NCBI RefSeq assembly: GCF_964204645.1
Contig: NC_134032.1
Location: forward strand, 9,288,275 to 9,352,274
Origin: Tubulanus polymorphus
Taxonomy: Eukaryota > Animalia > Nemertea
Direction of reading: 5' to 3'
DNA length: 64,000 bases
Within the stretch, counting starts at the first letter, position 1. Each line of letters opens with the position of its first letter. A model generated the notes under the pieces. That model worked only from the letters and a program-made list of their open reading frames with translations. It searched no databases and had not been told where the DNA came from. Both the position numbers and the translations under genes were made by a program. This document shows positions 35,664 to 49,077 of this stretch, piece by piece.

Positions 35664-38120
35664 CAGTGGTCCTGGTGCTGAATAGAGGTTAAACAGGGTG
35701 TCCCGGGTTCAAACCCAGTTTATTGAAACTGATTATGATTTGTCCTGATGCCGAATAGAGGACGTCCTGGGTTCTAACCTAGTTCATAGATCCTGATTCT
35801 GAGCGGTCCTGATGCAGAATATAGGATGGATAGGGGTGGCCCGGGTCTATTGTTACAGATTATCAGTGGTCCCTTTGCCGAATAGAGGATGAACAGGGTG
35901 TCCCGGATTCGAATCCAATCTATTGATACTGATTATGAGTGGCCCTGATGCTGAATAGAGGATGAACAGGGGTGTCCCGGGTTCGAACCCAGTTTGAGCG
36001 GTCCTGATCCTGAAAAAGTGATTACTGGGAAACTTTTTACAATGTAAACACGATCGCCATCTATGGGAATTTATCGGAACAAACTTTTCTTGGAATCTGG
36101 TCCTATGGAATCCATGCGTATGTAGTCTTACACACATGCGCCATCTACTAGAAATGAAGAGAACTACATGATGTTGAACTGACGCTAAATATAGTATGAA
36201 CAGGGATGTTCAGGGTTCGAACCCGTTCTATTGTAACTGATTATGAGTGGTCCTGATGCTGAATAGATAATGAACAGGGGTGTCCCGGGTACGAACCCGG
36301 TCTATTAATACGTATTACGAGTGGTCCTGATATTGAAGAGATGATGAACCAGATGTCCCGGGTGCGAACGCGGTTAATAGATAAAGATTTTGAGTGGTCC
36401 TAGTTGCGAATAGAAGATAAACAGGGGTGTTCCTCCTTCGAAACCGGTCTATTGATACTGATTATGAATGGTTCTGATGCTTAACGGAGGATAACCATGC
36501 ATCGTCCAGGGTCCAGGTTCGAACCCAATTTATTCATACTGATTCCTAATGAGATGCTGACTATAGGGCCCCTAACCCAGTACAGGCTTGTTTAAAATTC
36601 AGCATCAAAACCACTAAAAATAGTTGCCAATATTCTGGGTTCGAACCAAGAGAATCCCGCCTATGTCTTCGTCTAGATATCTGTGTATTGAAATTCTATC
36701 GAAATCCACATAAAAGATCCATTGTGATTTTAGTTCGACGAAAATCCGACAGAGGGAGTGAAGCATGGAAATACCTTTTAGAGCCCAGAGAAAATTACCA
36801 AAACCTGCCGAAATGAAAATATACAGTATTCTAAATGGATTTTTGAAGTCAAATGATATTCAAATTACTCGTGCATTAAATAATTAGGCAACGTAATTAT
36901 TTTCGTAACGTATTTGAGCTTATTTAGAAACTACTGTAATATCTTCGATACCAGTTTGACTAGCGTGGAATTGCTACAATTCAGTCGTTTCTAAATAAAT
37001 TCAAATACGTTAGACAAGTAATTACGTTGCCTGGTTAATTAATTTACGAGTAATTTGAATACGTTTTGAATTCTTAGATGTATTAAAAACACTGTATATA
37101 TTCATTTCGGGACGTTTTTGTCTTTTTCTCTAGGGTTTAAAGGGTATTTCGATGCTTTACCCCCTCTGGTGAATTTTCACCGAACTAAAATCACAATAGA
37201 TCCTTTGTGAAACATTCGTATAGGTTTTCATATAGTAATATGAAAGCGAGTTTGAGAATGGTACTCGGCAGTCGATAGATTCTTTCTCTGGCAGTCGAGG
37301 ATCTTAGAACATATCAGTTAAAATAAACAATCAATTGATTATTTTGTCTCCAATTAAACTATTTTTGAATATTTGAAATATCATTAGTGAATCAAGTTTG
37401 AAATGAAATGAGAATTGATTCTGCGGTAGTCTGGATGGTGAATAACTTGAGGGGTACCGGGTTCAGGTCCGTTCTATTGGTACCGAGTCTGAAGTGCGTG
37501 GATGCACGTCGGCTTAGTATTTTCTAGATGCTAATTAAAATGTTGTAACAATCATTTTAATGGAGTCAGTTGTTCGATGGTTATTTGGATCGGCAGTTGC
37601 GTTACCGCAACCTCCACGCTGGGTAAACTCAGCACCCCGAACACTGTAGAACCGGGTTCGAACCATGGACACTCCTGCTTTGTCTCTATGCAGCATCCAG
37701 ACCAGTATTAATAGACCGGGTTCGAACCTGAGCCACCCCTGGTCATGTTCCCTATCTAGCATCCACACCACTGAGGAATTAGAGTGCAAATAGACTGGGT
37801 TCGAACCTGGGACACAGCTGCTTTTTTTTTCTTACCTCATAGAATTAGTATCGATAAATTGGCATCGAACCTAGGACGCCCCAATTGATACTTTATCGGC
37901 AGTAGTATAATGTAGCTCGTCCTTTATCTAGTAGATGGCGCAAGCGTAGAACACTTCAGTTTCAGTTTCGCGAAATTCCAATAGATGGCGACCGTGTTCA
38001 ATAGACCGGTTTCTCACGCGGCATCTCGGGTTATTTTCAATTCATCATCGGGAGTGGACCGATACTATAAATGAGACAGGGCTCGAATCTGATACACGCT
38101 GTTGATTCTCTGTCGCCGGG
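35663..38120. repeat. Composite repeat, locus 2: tRNA-like array + CTCF-type module + array + fold-back (36652-37303), followed by a more degenerate, mostly inverted array with CTCF-type module (~37410-38120)
   Basis: Colinear with 23230-24638. Inverted motifs CTAGTAGATGGCGC at 37928 and CCAATAGATGGCGA at 37978. Confidence 0.88.
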
Positions 38121-38211
38121 ACCGCTTTGAATTGAGATTGGAAAGAAATTCCTATCTTATCAGCTCTATCAGGACTATAGTGAACTGATATTAATCTCAG
38201 TGTGAAGTTAA

Positions 38212-38381
38212 CAAATAAAAACCCAGAGTAGATATGTAGAAAATCTTATTTTCTTCTAAACCTCATCATCAGAGAAACTAAAGTGATTTTGGTTTCTCTG
38301 TGGATGGGGTTTAGAAGTAACCCCGAAACTGTTAGAAAATGAATGTTTCTACATATCTACTGTGGGTTTTTATTTGTTAGC
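38212..38381. mobile_element. Penelope-like inverted repeat with hammerhead remnants
   Basis: Arms TAACAAATAAAAACCCAGAGTAGATATGTAGAAA / TTTCTACATATCTACTGTGGGTTTTTATTTGTTA. Inside is TCTCTGTGGATGGGGTT..AACCCCGAAACTGTTAGA, with a truncated CTGATGATGAGG on the minus strand. Confidence 0.6.
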
Positions 38382-39161
38382 TCTATCGGGATTCAGGTTA
38401 ACATGATACTGCTTGAAATTCTTGAAATCGGTAGCATGTTTGTTCCTGGTCAGTAAACGATGAGAAAGACAATTTAAAGTACAAAAAGCAATTTATTTGA
38501 CAAAAACGTGAATAACTGTATAAGCGATATGTACAACAGCAAAATATAGACACAGATTGTGACTCGAAAACAAATTAATGGAGTTTGAATTGAATTTGAA
38601 ACTGAGTGCTTAATTCCCGGGAACCAATGTTTGGTGAGGCATTACACGTTCAAATGAGATTTGCAGCGTAGTGAGTTGAAGAACAGTGCCCACACTACAC
38701 TATAGGGGGGGGGGGGGTGTAGTCAACTGTTCCCACATCAGTGATGCCCTTATATCGACTTAATGCCAAATCTGTCATCGTGCCTGATTCTGTGAGCGCC
38801 TGGGCAAATGTTCATAAGAATGGCCTTCACGATAATTTTACGAGGACTTCAATGAAGAAGAATTAATTCTGGTGGAGAAACTGGGTCATTTGCCTGCTCT
38901 TAACGTCCGGGGACAGTTGGGACATGTAGTGGTTAGATATGATATAGTAAAATACATATACAAATAATATGTTTATCACACTTTTATATGGACAAAGTTA
39001 ATAGATGTGAGTATAAGCCCGAATTGTAATTGGAATGACAAATATCAGCGATTGAACCCTTCGCGGTCGTTAATTCTAGCCAGATCTTGAAAATAAACTA
39101 CAGGGTCAACGTTAGAATCAGATCATCTCACAAAACGCCTTCTTCTTCTAAACCGAGTATT

Positions 39162-42100
39162 CTAATCCCCGCCTGCCGCAGACCGCTTCCTCAAACGTCT
39201 CGGAACCAGTATAGGGATTTGTTGGTCCCGCAACAAAAATGGCGACAAAATCACCTCCTTGCCGGTAACCTCGTTCTGGTCGCGTTGCTGCTTTTTCAGA
39301 AGTTCTTCAGTCAAATGTTTCCACTGGAAATAGACAAATGTTTCAACAAGCGATGTGTATAGGCCTATTTACTCAGTTCAACAGTTCTGAGTTAGATTTC
39401 GACGTTGAATATTGGGGAATATTGGGAAAACCTATTTCAATACGACTGAATTATGCTCGGATGCTAACGCAGAGATCAAAGGCGGCTTTTTCGTTTCACT
39501 CGTCCGTTCGTTTTATAGTGGCCATGGTTAAATCGTATTCAGAATGGATCCAGGTCACGGTTGTGATTTTTGACTGGAGGGCTGATACGTAATTTGGAAA
39601 ATGATGAACAGATTTTGTCGAACTGAGTCAAATGTGGAACTGGGTGGACGCTAGCTGTGTGGAACTGAGTGCAACTGTGCATAACTGGATGCAACAGTCT
39701 GGGCAACAGTGTGGAACCGAGCCAACTTTGGAAACGAGTTCGACTGCAGAACTGTGATTGCAATTGTGGATTAAATCATTGACTCTAAAACGAATTGAAA
39801 GGCGTTTTTCGTTTCACGTCCCTTTGTTTTAGAGTCGATGATTAAATCGCGAAACTTGAGTCAACACTTTCTGGAAACATTTTCTAGAAACCGGTTTAGA
39901 AAACGATCAGAACTCACGAAATTCGCGCTTATATCTGCCTCCTGCAGTTTCTTCTCGTCCGTAGCCGGTAGTTCCTGTTGTTTGGGTAGCGGGAAATAGA
40001 AGCAGCCGATCGGAACGTTGATAACTTCTTTTCCTAAAACGCGAAGCTGATATTTCAAACACGCTCCGACCTTGCCTTTTGACCACTGCACGTCGTAGAA
40101 TATTGCGCACCATCTCACAACAACCGGTACGACTGCGAAGCACAGTGGCGGCGGGTTGTGAACTGTAAAGAGATGAAAAAAATTACAACATTGATACATT
40201 GATAAGGAACTCGTTTTCAAAAAGATGACCGCATACTTTCCCCCCCATTTTATGTAGATAAAACAAATCGTGTGATTATAGATATCGGTGAGCTCGATGC
40301 TGTCATAGGGAGGTTTATAACCGTAAAGACGTAGCCATTTTCTGGAAACTGACTGACGATGTCATATAGGGGGATTTGCGGCCCTCCTTAAACGCATTAG
40401 AAAAGGTGTTTGCTTCAAAATATGAAACATCTTTTCTGAAGCCCAGCGCACGCGGCTGGGAGAAACCGTTTTCGACGTGTTTCGTTATGTGCGTGTGCGT
40501 TAAACGTTCTATCGTTTGAGGGTAAATTTCTTTAACTCAAAACCCTTTGTGAAAAACGTGTTTCTGTTTTGATGAAATAATTCAAAAATAACACAATCTC
40601 TTGCTATATGATTTAGTGTTTATGATTCGCCATTTATTACTTATTTTTCTTCTCGATGAATGTGAGTGTAATATCATTAGATATATAATTTCATAATTTC
40701 AATGTAAATAAAGATTATTATTATTATTATTATAAATGTTGTCATGATTATCGGAGCAACCATCTTCATATTCTACAACTAGATAGATCCAATTTGATGA
40801 TATTTCCTATGGGGAGGGGAGATAATGGAGACCACCTTTCATGGAAGGTTAAGAAGTACTTTTGGTGATGTTTGTATCCCTTGAAGAAGTCAGTCAGCTA
40901 CTCTACTTACAATCGAGCGTTCTGTTGATGTAGAGTTTTCCGTTGACCCTGAATTGGAAACTCAACGTGTCTCGATTCGGGTTGAAGGTCATATTAGCGC
41001 AATCTGCAAAGTAAACCGGCGTTAATATATACACACTTCCCTGATATATACAAACAAACGAAACGAACGGACCACCAAGACAAAGGTCGAATATCTTGTG
41101 CAATTTGTCAAACAAAAGTGGTGAGTTATTTGACCGAATTGATAAGCTTGTAAGAGTAATCTGATTCGCTAAAACAATGATATCGAAGAACGCTTGTTCA
41201 AATATGGGGAAAGTTAATTGCCTATTGTTACAAAAGGATCTCCCGGGGGTTTCGAACGTACTACTCCAAATCAAAATAATCGAACTAAGAGACATAGTGA
41301 TAGGTCGGTGCAAAATATGAACTTATTTTATAGCAAGGACGGGTAGCACACAGTCAAGGCTTTCTAGGTTGATAGCGAGCCAATCGATATACGATCTGAA
41401 AAACGGTCTATAAGATCATTTTGGTTCTGATTATATATATAGCCACCCTTAACATTGAAATCAAAATCAAATCAAGACCATCTTTGTGACAGAGTTTCTA
41501 TGAAGCTTGTCCCAGGTCTCGTCCAGTGCGAGGTCGAATTGGGTCGTTTATAGGTTTAGGTCAGTGAAAATTTTGTGAAGGTTTTGATCAGTGAAGTTCT
41601 GCATTTCATATTGTTGGTCGAAATTTCACTCCCGAGTTGACAGAGCCGTATAGAGCGGGCTGAGAACGGGGAGAGGAGAAAAAATAAGACTATACGTCTG
41701 ATTGATAACAGCGATTTTGTATCGAAGGCACACGCAGCCATAGAGGAAAATTTGTATAAAAGATGCCTCTAAATGTGATTTTTACCGAAAACTACTGAAA
41801 TGAAGATCAGGTTTGAGATTCATTAAATGCGCGGGTTTGTTTTGTAGAAATATAATAATCTTCCATTAAATTACACACTTTCTTTGCAAATGAGAGCCAG
41901 TTTCACAATCTTAAACAACATAACATAACATAAATGTTGTTAGGCGCATCTCCATCTTGTTGCTCAATGCGCCAGATCCTGAATGGCCACTCTAAATAAG
42001 TGGGTTTTTAGCGTCGACTTGAAAACTACTTTTTTTAAACCACATATCACATCAAAGCAGACATCAAAATATCGAAGATCTACACTGACATGTACTCGAC

Positions 42101-44323
42101 TTGGTGAACCGGTCCACTGGCGTCAAATGACGTTAGATATTATTTGATATCTAATCTGTTTCAAGATTCTACTTAAGTTTATGGCTCCAAAAAGGTATAT
42201 AATTTTTGCGAGCATAACAATAGTATCAAAACCTAATAGTATCAAATATACATAAATATGGGAAGCTGGCAATTGTGTACATAATGATACCAATGTAGCT
42301 ATAACAGCCGCGGGTAGCGGTCGTAATGTATTCAGATATGAAAACAGTTTGGACTTTTGAAAGTATCTCAAAACGATCTTTGTCAAATAACTCTTTTTGC
42401 CACAATGTCTGCTCGGGTAGTCATCACAAATTCGTTTACATAGAAAAGATCTTTATTTTCATTTTATATATTTCTTTCTCTCTTTTCTAGGGCTGCTTTC
42501 GAGTATATAAGAGTATATAAGAGTCTCTAGTATACAGAGCCTATACTAAAGCACGGACTCCGAATTCGTTCTAGAGTCCGAGGCTTAAAGCTTCAAAGCA
42601 GTCCCACATATCATTACATTTCTAATGTATTTGCTGGCATTAATTCTTAAAGATTTTACTTGCAAATAAATCATATCATATCATACTATGGAATTAGGTA
42701 CTGGTCCTGCAACGACTGACGCGTCTCATTTTTTCTAAAAAATCTTACCGGTTTCGTTCAGGTGTAGGATTTTCGATTGAAGATGGAAGCAGCAGCCGCA
42801 ACGGTATCTCTGACACTGACACCTATCGCCAGTGACCTGTACATCGTTACTGCCGTGTAACGATTTCAGAGACTCTTCAACTTGTTTCAAATACGTCTTA
42901 TCTACATACGAAAAAGAAAAACATTCCAGAAATATCTTTAAAAATATGCTTATTACAGCGACAAAATGAATGCGGATTTTGCTATGGAATGGGCCCAGTC
43001 GCGATTTTAGCTTTGAACTTTGATATTGAGAATTGAGCTCTAACAACCTTATTACGAGAAAGATTAACATTCCAGAAACATTACAGCGACGAAATGAATG
43101 CGGATTTTCCTATGAAATGGGCCCAGTCACGATTTTAGCTTTGGAATTTGATATCGAGAACTAGCTTTAATTATAAGCAATTTATAACCTTGGATCCAGT
43201 TCCACAGATGTGAGTTAAGATTTAACTCAAGAGTAAACTCATTGAAAATGAAATGATTTCAACTCGGAGTTAACTGTGGGTCATCATGATTAAGAACGGT
43301 TTCAAAGGGTATAGCAATTAGAGATTTTATTTTCTTCGTAGATAGAATTTTGGAGTATGATTCGCGACCGTGTTAGTGGCGCTTTTCCGAAACAACCATT
43401 TCCTGCTCTTATTTGCAATCCGGGGAATAGCCAAAACTTTTGATAAATGTGAAATGTATGAAATCTTAGTAAGTTTCTTGTAAAGCTGTTATGTCCTCAG
43501 GACGCCGTCTTAGACTAGTCTATATTCGGGGTCTATAAGTATATACATAAATCTATTTCTAATTTGAGAATAATGGATCGATTTCGCGCTGTAGTATTAT
43601 TGTTAGTTCAGTGAGAAAGGTTTTAGATTTAAGATCAGTGACTCAACGTACATTCCTGGAATTATTAACAACAGAAAGTATTGAGGTGTCTGCTTTTGGA
43701 ACCTTCCAAAGTATGCTTGCACTCAACGGGCGAAGAAGTTGGGGTGCGGGAGGCTAGATTCTATACCGAACAAATTGAATCTATAGCTTAGTTTTCTGAA
43801 TTAGGCTACGCATATAAGCCATTGTTTGGTGGCAGATTATTTCTCAGTCAGTAGGTCGTCGATTTCGTAAACATTTGAAATCGAAGACCGCGTTGACGCG
43901 CACAGTTATTAGTTTTAGAACCAATGGTAACCAAAAGTTGCAATGAAAGTTTTGAAATGCTCCGAACCCGGAAGCCTCCTCCAAAATATTCAGGGATACA
44001 TATTTTGACGAGATGACAATAACCGATTACTAAACAATTTAACTAATCTGCTATCAGGATCTCCGGCACTGAAATTCCCCATCACGATTTTTTCCTAAAT
44101 AAAATTTCCCAACCACGAAGTCTGGTTTCCCCAGTAATTGCGAAGCATAAACTTGTCGATGGTAAACGTGATTATTTTCATTGTTGGATTGTTATAAACC
44201 TTTGAATAAAGTTGCCATTTCGTTCTCGAAGCTGGTATCATCTGGTGTCGCGGGCTGAGCGCTGGCCGCCCAGACTAGCCCCATTAACAGCGCTATACTA
44301 GGAAATAGTGACATCCTCCGCAT
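39162..44323 (-). CDS. Secreted cysteine-rich DUF4773-like protein, 258 aa; exons 44323-44200, 42901-42749, 41003-40911, 40162-39918, 39323-39162
   Basis: Signal peptide MRRMSLFPSIALLMGLVWAASA, then CQCQRYRCGCC...CANMTF...NPPPLC...WCAIFYDV...GACL...IGCF, the DUF4773 cysteine pattern. The exons total 777 nt in frame to TAG. A probable 5'UTR exon lies near 45255-45400. Confidence 0.85.
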
Positions 44324-46356
44324 TTCTCTTGACCCTGCGAACAAAAATAGAATCTTGGGGTTGTATTCTTAGCATTCTGAGGCTCGAACGAAATTTGGAC
44401 TGTCTGTGGACCCGTGGGACCCGCGTGACCTGCGTGGACCCTATAGACTCTGGGTCGTGAGACTGGGTTTTGGAACTGGATTCAGTTCCACAGTGCGCAG
44501 GTTTTGATTTGACTCGGATTCCACTTCCACATGTGTATATGGTTTATTCGACACTGGATCTACACGTATTATTTCACCGTTGATTTAATTATATTTAACC
44601 ATATATTAAGTGTTTATGGTGACATTTGTTATGTTCCCTATAATCGTTTGAATACATTTCAATATATGCATTGTGACAGCATTTGTTTATTCGATGCCCC
44701 AGCGCACATTCATCAGATACAGTACTAGTCGATTTGATATTGTCAAACGGCACACACATGTCGGTCGCACTGTCGTCAGGAACCCTACAGAGTATGTTTG
44801 CTCCTGATTATATGTTGACCAGCAGGGCAGCTCAAAAATAAAGATACAGTCGAATGAATGCACCAAAAACCAACTAAGACCCCCTGCTGATTGAACCGTC
44901 CAGTTCATGCAACAGACGGCGATTGTAGTTGGGCCATCATCGAGCTCTAGTCCCGCGAGATACATTACATGACCGATCGTTAGAATTTGGCTACGGGTAG
45001 AATTAGTTCATTTTAATCAATAAATATCTTATCAACACCATGCATCGCAAATGCCCGAACGTGCGAAATAAACACGTTAGTACACCCAGGGAAATCTTCG
45101 AAATATCAGACGCACGAAGTTCAAGGTCATTTGGTTTATCCACTGACGCACGTATGTGGGATTCACTTTTCCGGTCAGATAGGCTGGCGATACGCGTAAA
45201 GATAATTACTAATTTGAAGAGATATGATTAGAAATGAACACACGGCGATATTACCTGGCAATATGACGTATTTTCCAGAGGTTTCGACACTACGCAATTT
45301 ATTCCACCTGCAGTATAGCCTCGTACAGCAGTAGTATACACAGTCAGCCAGACGACTCTTGTGTTTACGGCGAGGCAGACGACTTTTAACCGAACGGATC
45401 ACGAGACGATTTGCAATAATATATCAATAAAATATAAAAAGCTTCTCTTGTAAATTCAGGGCTATATTTGGAGAAGTTATTTATTGTATATATTCGGTAC
45501 ACAATGATTGTGGAGGTGATCACGCGATATTTTGCCTTCTTGTCACGCGAAATCACAAAGAATCAAGGAAAATATAGTTAAGCTTTTTTTAGGTATGTTC
45601 AAAATACAGTTCGGAGAATTTCAGACCTTCATCATGGCTGAATGTCGTGAGCTGGGCTTTCGTCGGGTCTACTCCTAAAAGCCTTAATGTATCGAAAGGC
45701 GAATCTGCTTGAAAGGGGTACCGGGACCTAGAAATTGGGATGGGCCTTGAAAAGGGCAGACTTGGCAATATTTAGGGCTGCAAGCACGATAATTGGTGTA
45801 GGCTTCTGGTGGCCCTTCCACAAAACAAAGTTTAAGACAAGGGCTTTTCTTGCCCTCATCACGACGCATTTGGATTTATCTGAGGTCCTTTTAAAATTTT
45901 CTTTGCCTAAGTTTCCAGACTTTTTGGAGGCCACATTCAAATGTTAAAGGTGGTGGACAACGCCACCCGATCCATACCCCTAAAAACCCCTTGCGTAGTT
46001 GGTTTCTTTCAAAATAGGAATGAATTTTTTGGCACCAGGAAAACTCCGGGGCAAATGATTAAATATCAAATAACATGACAAATAGATAGATGTTCGATTT
46101 CAATAAATGAATAGAGCACTTTCTATCATTGCACCACACAAATCTAGATATCCCAGTACGGTAGAACTTAGGCCTACAAGACTAACAGCACCTTTTGTGA
46201 GTTAATATGCGATGATTATATACCACATATTTACATAATTTGTGAATTTTTCTAATAGTTTACCATAATTTATGGGCAAAAGTTCTGATAACATAAAATG
46301 ATGAACATTCCAAAAATGTTTGTGAATTCTGTGACGTTGAACTGAAGCGAGTACAG

Positions 46357-46501
46357 TACGAGTAAAATCCCACAATAAATGAATTGAATGATAAAATGTT
46401 TATTCAAAACATATGAGAATATGTTATATGTTAATATATTCTCATATGTTTTAAATAAACATTTTATCATTCAATTCATTTATTGTGGGATTTTACTCGT
46501 A
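46357..46501. repeat. Near-perfect AT-rich palindrome (66-bp arms, 13-nt loop)
   Basis: TACGAGTAAAATCCCAC...GTGGGATTTTACTCGTA, one mismatch between arms. Confidence 0.95.
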
Positions 46502-49077
46502 TCGTTTTATCACGGATATTGTGATCTGCAATTGATACAACATTACAAATCTATTGATTTGTTAATCCTCTCGTGAACTTAATATTTTCATAGATTATCA
46601 TGCCTCTTAACAGGATATCAGAGTGACAATATCATCATTTTATTGCAGAAATATTCATTAGAACAACCCGCGTTTTTGGAGGCATTACCCTCTCGACGCT
46701 TCACAGAATTGACATTTCATGCATTAAACAGGTTTGTAGTTTCTAAAGGCGGAGGTCCAAGACGAATTTAACACAGTTTTCTGAGAAAGTGATAATGGCC
46801 CGATGGTAATATCTGCAATTAATGTGAAAACTATGCATACCGATCCGATATTAAAACAATCATTTCTACCCCAAAACTGAATGGTTTATCAAGGCCGAAA
46901 TAGTTCGGTTCAACCATAATTCAAAGATGATGTCAATAATCGTGACATTGTTATAATAACCTATAGCTGCTATTACAAAATTATTGCTTGAATGAACATG
47001 ATAATTATTTTCCTAATAACTTATACAATGATCACTCCCATAATGACGAGGAGCGATATCGTCTATTAACAGTGATATGTAATATTTGCCGAAATATCAT
47101 CTTTCACACTTATGTTCTCTTTTCATAATTAGTACGGTACCGGTAAATCTGAACACACAAAAACTTCCACTTCTGTTAATTACGATAATAAAAATTACTC
47201 TTTACAATCGACCTGGGTGAGCGAGTGTTTCATAGGGTTATTTCATAATTTCTCTTGTGAATTCCTCTCATCACCGCAATTACCTTCAAACGATTTAGAT
47301 TGTTCGCCTGGATACAAGTACGTAACAAAACAAAATATTTTCAGAGCGTACCAAGAGACCTACATATATACATCGTTTCATCTGTTTTAGAATAGAATTA
47401 TTTAGCGGATCAGTATTCTTTAGACTGGTCACCTAATATTGCACCACCTGCATTCGCAGTCAGAATATTCCAACTGTTGTAGAGACCGGCAACCAGTCTA
47501 AATATTCTTCTGTCTAATTTGCTACATTCAATCAAAACCAAATTCAAAAACTTTGAATCAGATCGTTATGAAACCTTAAAGTTGTTTGGTGGAAAAGCTT
47601 AAGGTGTTGGTCCACTAAAACTTATTTTAAATCAATCAATTTCTTGGATTTTTAGAGACTATTTTATAGAAAATATCTTTATTCATTCGGAACTGGGTCG
47701 TCCATCTCATATCGGTAGCATGTACACGTTTCAAGCAAACGATGAAATCAACAACAAATTGACGTCATGTCTAAGCGCTTTCCGAAAATCACCAGTTCTA
47801 GTTTACAGTAGTTTCCAGACGTTCGTTATTATAATTTCCTGGAATTTTATCGATCGTTGTAGCCGCTTGCAGCACTACACTATTAGGCTGCACAGCGAAA
47901 GCGCCTTAGTGTCTTTAGTGCACTTGCACTGGGCGAGCGCCATCTGCTGCAGTTGGGCTGCTGAAGAAAGCCGAGACATTTCATCGATCGTGGCGCACAA
48001 AGGGTAACGAGCACCGTATGAAAGGATCGCACAAATTCGGGTGTCTGTACCGAAGTGATGGTTTTTAAAGAGGAATTCAACCTCCACTCAGATAGAAGAG
48101 AGGGCACAGTAGTCTAAAATAGATAGGGGCGTGTCTTAACGTACACTTCCGGTTGGAAAAGCCGGCTTTTCGGGGATTTTCCGATGGGTAAAAACCTACG
48201 CGAAAAACCCCGGCGTCGATTTCGGATGTGTTTTGTTGTTCATGCGATTCACAAAAAGGACAAATATTTGCACAGTTGTCTATGTTTCGCAGGTGTATCT
48301 GAGGTTTACTTGTCGTCTTCTAGAGATCGCGTGAGTAGGCCGGCCTTCAAACGAAAATCATCCGATCGTACTCATCATCATTATCAACCACGGCACAATC
48401 AAAATTTGAACTGAATTTTTCAATGCGCAGAAAGTAAACAAAAGGACGTCGTTGCTAGGTGGTGTCCAGTACAGCCTTCAGGTGGTGTGCTTCAATAATT
48501 CGTGGAATTTCGATTAATTGATTAGAGACATTTTTTTCAACCGCCGAGTTTGGTTGGTACCGCGCGGTATCCAATCCAGTCGTGAATGAATGTCGGTAGT
48601 GTCAAAAAGGTTTATTTAGGTCGATCCCTTTTCGTTTCGTTTGGATTTCAAGATGAGTCGTGTTTAGAGAAGGACTTCATCAAATAACTTCGTGCTATTA
48701 TCCTTTATTTCGTTAAAGATCAATAAGTTTACCAAAGAAAGCACAGCGCATTTCGCATTTCTGCGACGTCATTTTTATTGAACTTTTGAAGAGCTTTGAT
48801 TGACCGCCTTTCTGTTGTGTGCGGGTTATCTTGATCAGGCTATAGCATAAAATCGGCTGTGTCGCCACTGACAGTGCTACTGAAAGTCACGCCACCAGTT
48901 GAATAGGGTCTTGTCGCGCGTGTGTGTAAAGGACAGCGTGTGGCCTGATAGTGATTGCGGTGAGAGGCGTGTGCGAGTCCGTGTGGTCATACGGTCAGTC
49001 GGCAACACTACGAGCAGAGTGGACCTCACCACGATAAATTGTCATTTGCATATTCAAATCAAAGGAATCACGTCAAA

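Noticed and set aside
43650-43751. Extra DUF4773 exon
   Set aside because: Its phase (0/0) is incompatible with the phase-1 junction that joins 44200 to 42901 directly.
47720-48180. Structured ncRNA (7SK, RNase P/MRP, telomerase RNA) or small ORF near a GC-rich promoter-like patch
   Set aside because: No diagnostic motif was recognised; only ETS/KLF/CTCF-like sites were seen, so it is more likely regulatory DNA.
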